DNA of 64,000 bases. Source: Squalus acanthias (taxonomy: Eukaryota). Location of the stretch: NCBI GenBank assembly GCA_030390025.1, contig JASTWF010000035.1, forward strand, positions 62,001 through 126,000, written 5' to 3'. The position numbers and the translations under genes were made by a program. How positions within the stretch are numbered: position 1 is the stretch's first letter; each line of letters begins with the position of its first letter. Below are positions 12,101-23,215 of the stretch, one piece after another. Under the pieces are notes generated by a model. It saw nothing but the letters and a program-made list of their open reading frames with translations. It was not told where the DNA came from and did no database searches.

Positions 12101-14340
12101 AGAGACTAGGGTCCTGAATTTAAATAAAGGAAACTACGATGGTATGAGGCGCGAGTTGGGTAGGATTGATTGGGGAATGTCACTCAAAGGGTTGACGGTG
12201 GATAGGCAATGGCAAACATTCAAAGACCGCATGGATGAACTACAGAATTTGTTCATCCCAGTTTGGCATAAGAATAAAACAAAAAAGGTGACTCAACCGT
12301 GGCTAACAAGGGAAATTAGGGATAGTATAAGATCCAAGGAGAGGACATATAAATTGGCCAGAAAAAGCAGTAAACCTGAGGATTGGGAGCAGTTTAGGAT
12401 TCAACAAAGGAGGACAAAGGGATTAATTAAGAAGGGGAAAATAGAATATGAGAGGAAGCTTTCAGGGAACATAAAAACTGACTGTAAAAGCTTTTATAGA
12501 TACGTGAAAAGAAAAAGATTGGTGAAGTCAAGCGTAGGTCCCTTGCAGTCAGAATCAGGGGAACTTATACTGGGGAACAAAGAAATGGCAGACCAATTAA
12601 ATACATAATTTGGTTCTGTCTTCACAAAAGAGGACACAAATAACCTCCCAGAGATGTCGGGGAACATAGGGTCTGATGAAAGGGAGGAACTGAAAGAAAT
12701 CAGTATTTGTAGGGAAATGGTGTTAGGGAAATTGGCGGGATTGAAGGCCGATAAATCCCTAGGGCCTGATAATCTACATCCTAGGGTACTTAAGGAAGTG
12801 GCCCTAGAAATAGTAGATGCATTGCTGATCATCTTCCAACATTCGATGGAATCTGGAACAATACCCATGGATTAGAGGGTAGCTAATGTTACCCCACTAT
12901 TCAAAAAAGGTGGTAGAGAGAAAACGGGGAATTGCAGACTGGTAAGCCTGATATCGGTAGTGGGGAAAATGCTAGAGTCCATTATAAAAGATGTAATAGC
13001 AGAGCACTTGGAAAACAGTGACAGGATCGGACAAAGTCAACATGGATTTACAAAAGGTAAATCGTGCTTGACTAATCTGCTGGAATTTTTTGAGGATGTA
13101 ACTGGTAAAATAGATAAGGGAGAACCAGTGGATGTGGTGTATTTGGACTTTCAAAAGGCTTTCGATAAGGTCCCGCATAAGAGATTAGCGTGTAAAGTTA
13201 AGGCACATGGGATTGGGGGCAAGGTACTGACTTGGATAGAGAACTGGTTGGCAGACAGAAAGCAAAGAGTTGGAATAAACGGGTCTTTTTCCGAGTGGCA
13301 GGCAGTGACTAGTGGGGTACCGCAGGGATCGGTCCTTGGACCCCAGCTATTCACAATATATATTAATGATCTAGACAAGGGAACTAGATGTAATATCTCC
13401 AAGTTTGCAGATGACACAAAGCTGGGTGGGCGTGTGTACTGTGAGGAGGATGCTGAGAAACTCCAGGATGATTTGGACAGGTTGGGTGATTGGGCAGAAG
13501 CATGGCAGATGCATGAAAATGTGGATAAATGCCAGGTTATCCACTTTGGTGTCAAAAACAGGAAGGCAGATTATTATCTGAATGGCAATAGATTGGGAGA
13601 AGGGGAAGTGCAACAAGACCTGGGTGTCCTTGTGCACCAGTCGCTGAAGGTAAGCATGCAGGTGCAGCAGGCGGTTAAAAAGGGAAATGGTATGTTGGCC
13701 TTCGTAGCGAGAGGGTTTGAGTACGGGAACAAGGATGTCTTGCTGCAGTTGTACAGGGCCTTGGTGAGACCACATCTTGAGTATTGTGTGCAGTTTTGGT
13801 CGCCTTATCTGAGGAAGGATGTTCTTGCCATGAAAGGAGTTCAGCGAAGATTCACCAGGCTGATACCTGGGATGGCAGGAATGACGTATGAGGAGAGATT
13901 GGGTCAATTGGGCTTATACTCGCTGGAGTTTAGAAGAATGAGAGGGGATCTCATTAAAACTTATAAAATTCTGAAAGGACTGGACAGACTAGATGCAGGA
14001 AGGATGTTCCCGATGGTCGGGGAGTCCAGAACCAGGTGTCACAGTCTAAGGATAAGGGGTAAGCCATTTAGGACAGAAATGAGGAGGAATTTCTTCACCC
14101 AGAGAGTGGTGAACCTGTGGAATTCTCTACCACAGAAGGCAGTGGAGGCCAATTCATTAAATATATTCAAGAAGGAGTTGGATATATTTCTTAAGGCTAA
14201 AGGGATCAAGGGATATGGGGAGAAAGCAGGGACAGGGTTCTGAATTTGGATGATCAGCCATGATCGCATTGAATGGCGGAGCAGGTTAGAGGGGCCGAAT
14301 GACCTACTCCTGCTCCTATCTTCTATGTTTCTATGTTTCC
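9120..14340 (+). mobile_element. Near full-length, decayed CR1 LINE (5' UTR tandem repeats 9123-9345, SGNH-esterase ORF1 ~9605-10515, APE-RT ORF2 to 14243)
   Basis: ORF1 IVIGDSIVRGID; ORF2 LNARSI, ITETW, YLDFQKAFD, FADD; in-frame stops at ~12608 and ~12875; (TTTCTATG) tail. Confidence 0.92.
10657..11396. mobile_element. MITE (PIF/Harbinger-type), 740 bp
   Basis: 16-bp TIR GGCCCAAAAATTAGTG, TSD AAT; inverted copy at 50921-51658. Confidence 0.9.
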
Positions 14341-15319
14341 TTCTACTCAGACTCAGTTCGAGAGCCTCCCAGAAAGCAGAGGCTGCAGCTTTTGACAGCT
14401 CAGTGGCCATTCTGCTTTCTGTGCCGGTGAGCTGAGGGACTCCCGAGAACTGAAGGGAGGAAGCCTGGAGGAGAAAGTAAAGGTAAGTAAAACTTATTAA
14501 AACACTTTACACACACCAAACACACTTACCTCTGCACTCATGCACCCATCACTCACCTGTACACCGGACATCTCGACCCCTCCAAGCCCTGCAGACCGAC
14601 GGTCCGCCTCGCTAACTTGGCGTGGTTTGGAGCCGTCGGGCAGCCCACACTTCAGGGCTAAAAATAGGGATTAGCCAAAAAACTGCCTGATAACTACCAG
14701 TTAACAGACAGTTAATTGACACTAATCCCCTTCCTGCCTCGGGGAGGCGGCTGCCAGCACAGGTCGGGTACCCGCCTCCTGGGACATTGGCATGGAGGCG
14801 GGCTGGGGGTGGGATGGGTACGTGCCCCCCGAATCTGCAATTTTCCCACCACTCCCGCCTCCAAACCCGCCTCCACGGGGCTTGGAAATTCGAGCCCTGA
14901 ATGTCAAGGGGCGGTGGTTAGATTCTCGCTTGTTGGAGATAATCATTGCCTGGCACTTGTGTGGCGCGAATGTTACCTGCTACTTATCAGCCCAAACCTG
15001 AACGTCATCCAGGTCTTGTTGCATGCGGGCATGGACTGCTTCATTATCTGAGGAGTTGTGAATGGCACTGAACACTGTGCAGTCATCAGCGAACATCTCC
15101 ATTTCTCACCTTATATTGGAGGAAAGGTCATTGATGAAGCAGCTGAAGATGGTTGGGCCTAGGACACTGCCCTGTGTAACTCCTACAGCGATGTCCTGGG
15201 GCTGTGATGATTGATCTCCAACCAACGCAACCATCTTCCTTTGTGCTAGGTACGACTCCAGCCAGTGGAGCCTTTTCCCCCTGATTCCCATTGACTTCAG
15301 TCACTAATAAATCCAATAA

Positions 15320-17080
15320 GGAATTCAGAACAAACTTCTTTGCCCAGAGAGCTATCACAGGGAGTGGTTGAGTCAAATAGCATAGATGCATTTAAGGGGA
15401 AGCTCGATAAACACATGAGGGAGAAAGGAATAGAAGGATATGCTGATAGGGTGTGTAAGGTTTCCAAAATTTACAGGACCCCAAAACCTAAGGAAAAAGG
15501 ACTTTGGAACTACCTCAGAGTGATAAAAATGCATTTGGGCCTAACCTAAGGAATTTAAGACCAAAACCCAAGTTTTGGCATTTTAAAACATGTCTGTGCC
15601 TGTAAAGGGACAAGGAGGAGGGTTCGACCTCTGTAAAAGCAGTTTTGGTTATTGCAGTTAATTACACTGTCTGGGGAACCGGGATGACCTCACTCAAGCC
15701 CCAGCAGACATTAACATTTGAACAATAGACCCTGGGAGAAGACAGTCCCACCCAAAATAACAGGCCCCATCAAACCAATTACAGGGCCCATCAGAAACAT
15801 GCATAATAAAACCCACTCAGACCCATTCTATAGAAAGACCGAGTCCAGCCTAGAAAACCAAACATGAAACCAATCACCAGTGATCAACCACGGAAATCGT
15901 CAGGATGCAAGTCATCCCAAAAACCATTTCACACTTACAGAGCAGTTACTGGTATCGAGCCCGCCAAAACCAGACAATAAACTGAGCAGATGTGGCGGGC
16001 AGATAAGGCCACTTCAATTTGGTATAATTGAAGGCCTGTTAAGCGGTTCGACAGTCGAGACAAGCGGGTCATCAGCATCACACACAGTCGAGTGTGGAGA
16101 CAAGGAGCAACATCACAGACGTAAGTCGAGCTGGAAGCGAGTCGGCATCGCTCACCACTCAGACACACCTGAGTCCAGCTCGTGAAGATACCACCTCGAC
16201 GGACCTCCAACAACGGTCCCAACACAGTCACCCGGAGCAACAAGCAGCAAGAAGACATCGACGGCTCCACGAGGTCGACCGACACACTAAACAAGGCCTA
16301 AAACTATCGCGGAAACCAAAGGCCTCACGAAACCAACAACCGCATATTACCCCCAACTGACCGGGTAATAGCAGGCCACCGCGACCAACAAAGACCATCT
16401 CAAGGGAAGAAAACCCGAAGAACAGCAAAGTTTCCACACTACAAACTACTCCTGACTTACCCCTGGGTAAGATTTTCCCCAAAGACTCTAAACCCTACTC
16501 CTAACCAAAAGAAATTGGGTACTCACCTGATAGATCCAAACCGACATCCTACCGCATCAGCGGACTCACGAAGACTGACCAGAGACCCAGGTGAAGTCCT
16601 CTACCGCGTACGGGGTACGGCAGACACTAACCGCCATAAACAGCGAACCCCAAAACCGCGATTTAGCCCAACTGTCAAAGGATTGGTGAGCATTATCCCT
16701 GGTCCTTCAAAGCCTAACTTAGCTAGTAAAGTGGGGTTGGGAGGGGTGAAGTATTGTTCTACTGTCATTTCCCTCGCTTGTTCCCCACCTTTAGAGAGTT
16801 AAGAGTGTTATTATTGTGTTTTACCTTTTTAATAAAGATCGAAGTTCTTTCATCAAACTCAGTTATCTGCTGCACCTTTTATCACAACCCCCAAATAAGT
16901 CCAAGGTCTGGAACCAAGGGATTGGGAGCGATTCGAACCGCTCAGAAGTCAGAGGTGAAGCTGACACAAACCACCACCCCCTACAGGTGAGATGAAGAGG
17001 GGTGGGAGGAGGCTGGTGTGGAGCATAAACACCGGCATAGAATGGGCTGAATGGCCTGTTTCTGTGCTGTACATTCTATG
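15320..17080 (+). mobile_element. Short CR1 3' fragment interrupted by solo LTR 2
   Basis: VVESNSIDAFKGKLDKHM.EKGIEGY C-terminus; 3' UTR resumes after 16985. Confidence 0.75.
15454..16985 (+). mobile_element. Solo LTR 2 (1532 bp), 4-bp TSD GGTG
   Basis: TGTAAG...CCTACA termini; GGTG at 15450-15453 and 16986-16989; AATAAA at 16831; 3' end is closely similar to the reverse complement of the 5983 end of LTR 1. Confidence 0.88.
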
Positions 17081-17244
17081 CAACGTTCTTGTTAAGCTGT
17101 GCGGCCTCGGGGCTGTCTGGAGTTCCCGCGCAGGCCGATCAACAGCTTTTCAATGGGAGATTTCACACATGCTCGAAATATTGAATGGGCCGCGCAGTCC
17201 GTTAAAGGGACCGCGCACCCAAAAATAAATCAGGGGGAACATTG
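17081..17244. mobile_element. Small hAT-type MITE
   Basis: TIR CAA(C/T)GTTC...GAACATTG flanked by the 8-bp direct repeat ATTCTATG (also the CR1 tail unit, so the TSD is less certain). Confidence 0.6.
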
Positions 17245-17295
17245 ATTCTATGTTATTCTATGTCGTTTTGTCACAATCTCGTTTCCAATTTTTAG

Positions 17296-17487
17296 ATTTG
17301 GTGAAGTGCTCGCAGAATGCACGGATTGTGAATGTCTCTTCGAAGGTTCACAGAAAGGGGGAGGTAGACTTCAGGCAGATGAGAGGCGACAACCTGCCAA
17401 ACTCCTGGCCAGATGTGATGTACAACAACACCAAACTAATGAACGTCCTGTTCACACTGGAGCTGTCCAATCAACTCCGTCACACAG
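17296..17487 (+). CDS. Catalytic exon of RDH-like SDR paralogue A
   Basis: tttttag acceptor, gtagg donor; 192 nt, phase 1-1; ARIVNVSS and YNNTK (YxxxK) catalytic motifs. Confidence 0.95.
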
Positions 17488-17649
17488 GTAGGAACAGCCG
17501 GGGCTGGAGGGGGGGATGGGGTCTGTCGCTAAGAGTCAGTGTTCACCCGGACATTCAATAGTGTGAATTTATGAGGGCCGCAATCATTTGCATTAAGTAC
17601 TGTTGTAGCAGACCTCACAAGACCTGGGTACGATACTCTAGTGGTTAAG

Positions 17650-18840
17650 AGCATAAGAAATAGGAGCAGGAGTCGGCCATTCGGCCCTTCGAGCCTGCTC
17701 CGCCATTCAATATGATCATGGCTGATCCTCTATCTCAATACCATATTCCCGCTCTCTCCCCATACCCCTTGATGCCTTTTGTGTCTAGAAATCTATCTCC
17801 TTCTTAAATATATTCAGTGACTTGACCTCCACAGCCTTCTGTGGTAGAGAATTCCACAGGTTCAACACCCTCTGAGTGAAGAAATTTCTCCTCATCTCAG
17901 TCCTAAATGTCCTACCCCGTATCCTGAGACTGTGACCCCTCATTCTAGACCCCCCAGCCAGGGGAAACATCCTCCCTGCATCCAGTCTGTCCAGCCCTGT
18001 CAGAATTTTATACGTTTGCACAAGATCCCCTCTCATTCTTCTAAACTCTAGTGAATACAGGCCTAGTCGACCCAATCTCTCCTCATACGACAGTCCTGCC
18101 ATCCCAGGAATCAGTCTGGTGAACCTTTGCTGTACTCCCTCTATGGCAAGTATATCCTTTCTTAGGTAAGGAGACCAAAACTGCACACAGTACTCCAGGT
18201 GTGGTCTCACCAAGGCCCTGTATAACTGTAGTAAGACATCCTTGCTCCTGTACTCAAATCCCCTTGCAATGAAGGCCAACATGCCATTTGCCTTCCCAAC
18301 TGCTTGCTGCACCTGCATGTTTGCTTTCAGTGACTGGTGTACAAGGACACCCAGGTCCCTTTGTACATCAACATTTCCCAATCTAACACCATTTAAATAA
18401 TACTCTGCCTTTCTGTTTTTCCTACCAAAGTGGATAACTTCACATTTATCCACGTTATACTGCATCTGCCATGTATTTGCCCACTCACTCAACTTGTCTA
18501 AATCGCCTTGAAGCCTCTTTGCATCCTCCTCACAACTCACAATCCCACCTAGTTTCGTGTCATCAGCAAACTTGGAAATATTACATTTGCTTCCCTCATC
18601 CAAATCATTGATATATATTGTGAATAGCTGGGGCCCAAGCACTGATCCCTGCGGTACCCCACTAGTCACCGCCTGCCACCCCGAAAAAGACCCATTTATT
18701 CCTACTCTCTGTTTCCTGTCTGTTAACCAATTTTCAATCCATGCCTGTATATATTACCCCCAATCCCATGTGCTTTAATTTTGCACACTAACCTCTTATG
18801 TGGGACTTTATCAAAGGCCTTCTGAAAATCCAAATATACT
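17650..18840 (-). mobile_element. 5'-truncated CR1 LINE (RT C-terminal half)
   Basis: ORF 17785-18669 with [26 protein letters not shown]; 3' tail at ~17650. Confidence 0.92.
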
Positions 18841-18992
18841 CAATATGAATATACTCAACGACTGAGCATCTACAGCCCTCTGGGGTAGAGAATTCCAAAG
18901 ATTCACCACTCTCTGACTGAACAAATTTCTCCTCATCTGAATCCTAAATGTCCGACCCCTTATTCTGAGACCATGCCCCCTCATTCTAAGGG

Positions 18993-20225
18993 TGTAAGGG
19001 GTTTTTGTCTCGGGCTTATTTGTAGCTCAGCCAGTTATGTTTTCCTGGACTGTGCTGCCCGCTGTGCGGTTGCGAATCGCTATCCCCTTCCTAGTTCTGA
19101 GCCCAGGACTTATCGAGCGGCGATAATGACAAACGAACAGACCCGTGGATTGGTGCGAGGAAAACCAATGTTTATTTAACAGAGATGAAACATAACATGT
19201 CAATCTTAACTTCGGTACAAACGAGGGAAATGACAGGAGAACAATACCTCACCCCTCCCAACCCCACTTTACTAGCTAAGTTAGACTCTTGAGGACCAGG
19301 GATAATGCTCACCAAACGAATCCTTTGACAGTTGAGATATGGTTTCAAGTCCTTTTAAGTAAAAAGTTTCATAAGGCCCTTGTGCCTCGAGGTGTTTGAT
19401 GGTCACTGGAACCGTTGCTCTGGTTTCTTGCGTGTCGGTCTGTTTCTGGAGCCGCTGGCCTTCTTTGTTGAACGGTCTTGTTTCTGTTGAACTGTGTACT
19501 GGAGAACTCCTGTGCTTCAGCTGTCCTGCTTGTGGCCTGTCTGTCTGGCTTGAACAGCTTGTTTTAAACTGCTAGGCTGCAAAACTGCTCGTCCCTGTGG
19601 AACTCCTCTCTGTAGAACTCCCGCTTCTTCCAGCACAGGTCTCTGTAGCACGGGTTTCAAGTTATACTCTTCGATTGTTCCTTATTTGCCCGCCAAATCT
19701 TCCCAGTGCTTTGTTTAACTCTGGTGGGCTCGTTAAGGTAGTTAACCTTAATGGCAGGAGATGGCCTTTAACGATATTAAATATTTGTTAAGTGGAGGAT
19801 GATTGCTGGTCTGATGGTTGTTCATTTGTGTTGAGTACGTCTTTGTATAAATGCTAAACAGTTTGATGGGGCTGGAGACGGGTCGACCACCTGTCTGTAG
19901 AGGCCAGCCCCGCCTCCCTTGGCAGCCCCTGAGGTCTGTTTAAAAAATGTTTTAAAATGTCCCTGGTCCAATACACTCAATTGGTTTTAAAATGCCCAAA
20001 GCTCCTTTTTCTTAGGGTCTCTCTCTTTTCCTCCGAGTCTTTTGGGGGTCTGGGAATTTCGCAACTCTCTTACAGACCTGGGCATGTCACCTGGCCTGCT
20101 GTTTTTGCAGGGCCCTGGTTTCTGTTCAATGTCGCAGGCTTCTGCCATGAGGTCTAGAAGCCACTTTGTCCAGGGTACCCCTCATTAATAACTCTGGGGA
20201 ATGTGGGAATTTTGAGAACCCTACA
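18993..20225 (-). mobile_element. Solo LTR 3 (1233 bp), 4-bp TSD AGGG; U5 end of the same family as the provirus LTRs
   Basis: TGTAAGGGGTTTTTGTCTC...CCCTACA; AGGG at 18989-18992 and 20226-20229; first ~185 bp nearly identical to 42611-42795. Confidence 0.9.
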
Positions 20226-20226
20226 A

Positions 20227-20960
20227 GGGCTAGAAATTCGCCTCCTTTGCGCCTCCCATTAGCGCCTCTGGGGGACGATATCGGGGCACTACCGGCTTTG
20301 CGACCGGGCGCGGCTAGAGTACCGACGCCCGCGAAATTCCCGTTGAGGTTTGCAGCGGCGGTAACCCCTAGCGCCACGATCTCCTGCGCCCGGAGATCGT
20401 GACGTCATCGTGCTGTGCAGCGCCCCAGACCCGAAATTCAGTTCCTCCCCCTGCAGCATCTCCGGGCGATAACCCCGACAGCTGCAGGAGGCGTTGTCAG
20501 GGAGGTCGGCCGCTTGAGCTGCGGGATTTAAAAAGGATGATGGTTGCGTGAAAAAGAAATGTTCTTAATGCCTTACGTCCATTTTGTCAGCATTTTCTTC
20601 GGCCGTGATCGATCAGCCCTGCGCTCTGTTAGAGTGCTTGGGGCTGATCGTGTCGGATCGCGGCTGCCGTCGGTGACGAGGGACCTCGTTTCAATGCAGA
20701 GCCTGCAGTGATGGCCCCTCCCTTTAGAGGAGGGAAGGAGCCTTCGATCCCAGCAGTGCTGCCCTCGACATTGGGCAGCACTGCACCGCTACTGCCCCTC
20801 CTGCCGGCTTTAGTGTTCCAAGGGAAGTGGTAGCGCTTGATTTAGCTCCACTTCCTTCCTGGAGCGCTAACAGACAATAAACTGGAAGCTCACAATCATT
20901 AGCGCCTGGCGCTAATTTTTCAAGATTTCAAAAGTTAGCGCTCCAAATGAATTTCTCCCC
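20227..20960. mobile_element. GC-rich non-autonomous Harbinger-like element
   Basis: Ends GGGCTAGAAATTC / GAATTTCTCCCC resemble the TIRs of the autonomous Harbinger at 43806-48014. Confidence 0.6.
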
Positions 20961-22227
20961 CTAAGAATCTTGTATGCTTCAATGAGATCACCTCTTCTTC
21001 TAAACCCCAGAGAGTATCGGCCCATTTTACACAATCTCTCATCATAGGACAGCCCTCTCATCCCAGGAATCAATCTAGTGAACCTTCGCTGCACCGCCTC
21101 CAAGGCAAGTATATCCTTCCTTAGACAAGGAGACCAGAACTGTGCACAGTACTCCAGGTGTGGTCTCACCAAAGCCCTGTACAATTGTAGCAAGACTTCC
21201 TTACTCTTATGCTCCAACCCCCTTGCAATAAAGACCAACATGCCATCTGCCTTCCTAATTGCTTGCTGTACCTGCATGCTAACTCTCTGTGATTCCTGTA
21301 CGAGGACACCCAAATCTCTCTGAACACCAACATTTAATAGTTTCTCACCTTTTAAAAAAGATTCTGTTTTTCTATTCTTCCTACCAAAGTGAATAAGCTC
21401 ACATTTCCCCACATTATATTCCATCTGCCACCTTATTGTCCACTCACTTAACCTGTCTATATCCCTTTGCAGGCTCTTTGCATCCTCCTCACAACTTTTT
21501 TTTTATTCCTGGGATGTGGGCGTCGCTGATTACTGTCCCACCAGCTTTATATCATCAGCAAACTTGGATATATTACACTTGGTCCCTTCATCTAAGCCAT
21601 TGATATAGATTGTAAATAGCTGAGGCCCCAGCTCTGATCCTTGCGGCACCCCACTAGTTACAATCTGTCACCCCAAAGTGACCCATTTATCCCAACTCTC
21701 TGTTTTCTGTCCGTTAACCAATCCTCAATCCATGCTAACCTATTACCCCAACCCCATGAGCCCTAATCTTGTGCAACAACCTCCTGTGTGGCACCTTATC
21801 AAATGCTTTTTGAAAATCCAAATATACTACATCCACTGGTTTCCCCTGATCTACCCTGCTCGTTACATCCTCAAAACTTGTTGTTTGATATAAATACAAC
21901 AATTTGGATTTATATAAAACTCTAACAGGTTTGGCGAACATGATTTCCCTTTCATAAATCCGTGTTGACTCTACCCAATCCTATTATTATTTTCTAAGTG
22001 CCCTGTTACCATGTCCCTAATAATAGATTCCAGCATTTTCCCTACTACTGATGTCAGGCTAACTGGGCTGTAGTTCCCTGTTTTCTCTCTCCCTCCTTTC
22101 TTGAACAGCAGGGTGACATTTGCTACCTTCCAATCCGCAGGGAGGGATTGTTTTGAAATAAGGAGTTGTGTTTGGAATTCCGCCCCCTGCTGGACTCGTG
22201 CCTAAAGCCTTTTCTGTACACTGGCAG

Positions 22228-22337
22228 GTGTGACGGTCAATGCTGTTCATCCGGGAGTGGTGATGACGGAGGTGATGAGGAATTACAATCTGTGCTCACG
22301 AGTGATCGTCAAACTGATTGGAATCTTCTTCTTCAAG
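22228..22337 (+). CDS. Penultimate-type exon of RDH-like SDR paralogue A
   Basis: ggcag acceptor, gtcagt donor; 110 nt, phase 1-0; GVTVNAVHPGVVMTEVMR...IFFFK (HPG motif). Confidence 0.93.
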
Positions 22338-22429
22338 GTCAGTGCCCACGAGAGGCATCAGTCACATGCCCGCCTCGATGCCAAGGGCAACTCTGAGTGC
22401 TTGGTGATTCTCAGTGTGCCTGGCTCAGA

Positions 22430-22745
22430 TAAAGAAAGGAGGAACTTGGATTTATGTGGCACCTTGCACGACCTCAGGACGTCCCGAAGCACTTTACTAT
22501 TGAAGTGTAGTCACGGTTGTAATGAGGGAATTTGCACACAGCAAGCCCCCACAAACAGCAACGTGATAATGACCAAATTAGTTCTTTCTTACTGATGTTG
22601 GTTGAGGGATAATTAGTGGCCAGAACACCAGTGCGAACTCCCCTGCTCTGCTTTGATTAGTGCCACGGGAGCTTTGACATGCAGCTGAGAGAGCAGACGG
22701 GGACTCTGTAAAATGTCTCATTTGAAAGATGGCACCTCCGACGGT
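22430..22745. mobile_element. SINE-like interspersed repeat
   Basis: Shares blocks with 49985-50150 and (reverse complement) 56190-56300/59695-59790; runs directly into the 33-bp minisatellite. Confidence 0.55.
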
Positions 22746-23215
22746 GCAGCGCTCCCTCTCTACTGCCCCTCCGAAACTGCAGCGCTCCCTCAGTACTGCC
22801 CCTCTGACAGTGCAGCGCTCCCTCTCTACTGCCCCTCCGAAACTGCAGCGCTCCCTCAGTACTGCCCCTCTGACAGTTCAGCGCTCCCTCTCTACTGCCC
22901 CTCTGACACTGCAGCGCTCCCTCTCTACTGCCCCTCCGAAACTGCAGCGCTCCCTCAGTACTGCCCCTCTGACACTGCAGCGCTCCCTCAGTACTGCCCC
23001 TCTGACAGTGCAGCTCTCCCTCAGTACTGCCCCTCTGACACAGCAGCGCTCCCTCTCTACTGCCCCTCCGACAGTGCAGCGCTCCCTCTCTACTACCCCT
23101 CCGACAGTGCGGCGCTCCCTCGCTACTGCCCCTCCAACAGTGCAGCACTCCCTCAGTACTGCCCCTCTGACACAGCAGCGCTCCCTCTCTACTGCCCCTC
23201 CAACAGTGCAGCTCT
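22746..23215. repeat. Minisatellite, 33-bp unit (GCAGCGCTCCCTCTCTACTGCCCCTCCGACAGT), ~14 copies
   Basis: Directly visible; 11-aa ORF periodicity. Confidence 0.95.

Larger units (their letters stand above)
8673..14897. mobile_element. Non-autonomous PIF/Harbinger-like element carrying nested insertions
   Basis: Imperfect TIRs GGGCTGGATTT / AAATTCGAGCCC and 3-bp TSD TGA; contains a Penelope fragment and a CR1. Confidence 0.65.
7962..15300 (-). mobile_element. Non-LTR retrotransposon (second CR1/L2-group family), split in two pieces: 7962-8672 and 14898-15300
   Basis: Minus ORFs GQRLGILQRV...YKAQVRSVMEYSPLAW and GVTQGSVLGPTIFSCFINDL; the sequence rejoins across a TGA duplication at 8670-8672/14898-14900. 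Confidence 0.8.
18845..22145 (-). mobile_element. Decayed CR1 LINE (pieces 18845-18988 and 20961-22145) interrupted by solo LTR 3 and a GC-rich element
   Basis: ORFs 20912-21424 and 21735-21941 carry CR1 RT motifs. Confidence 0.8.
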
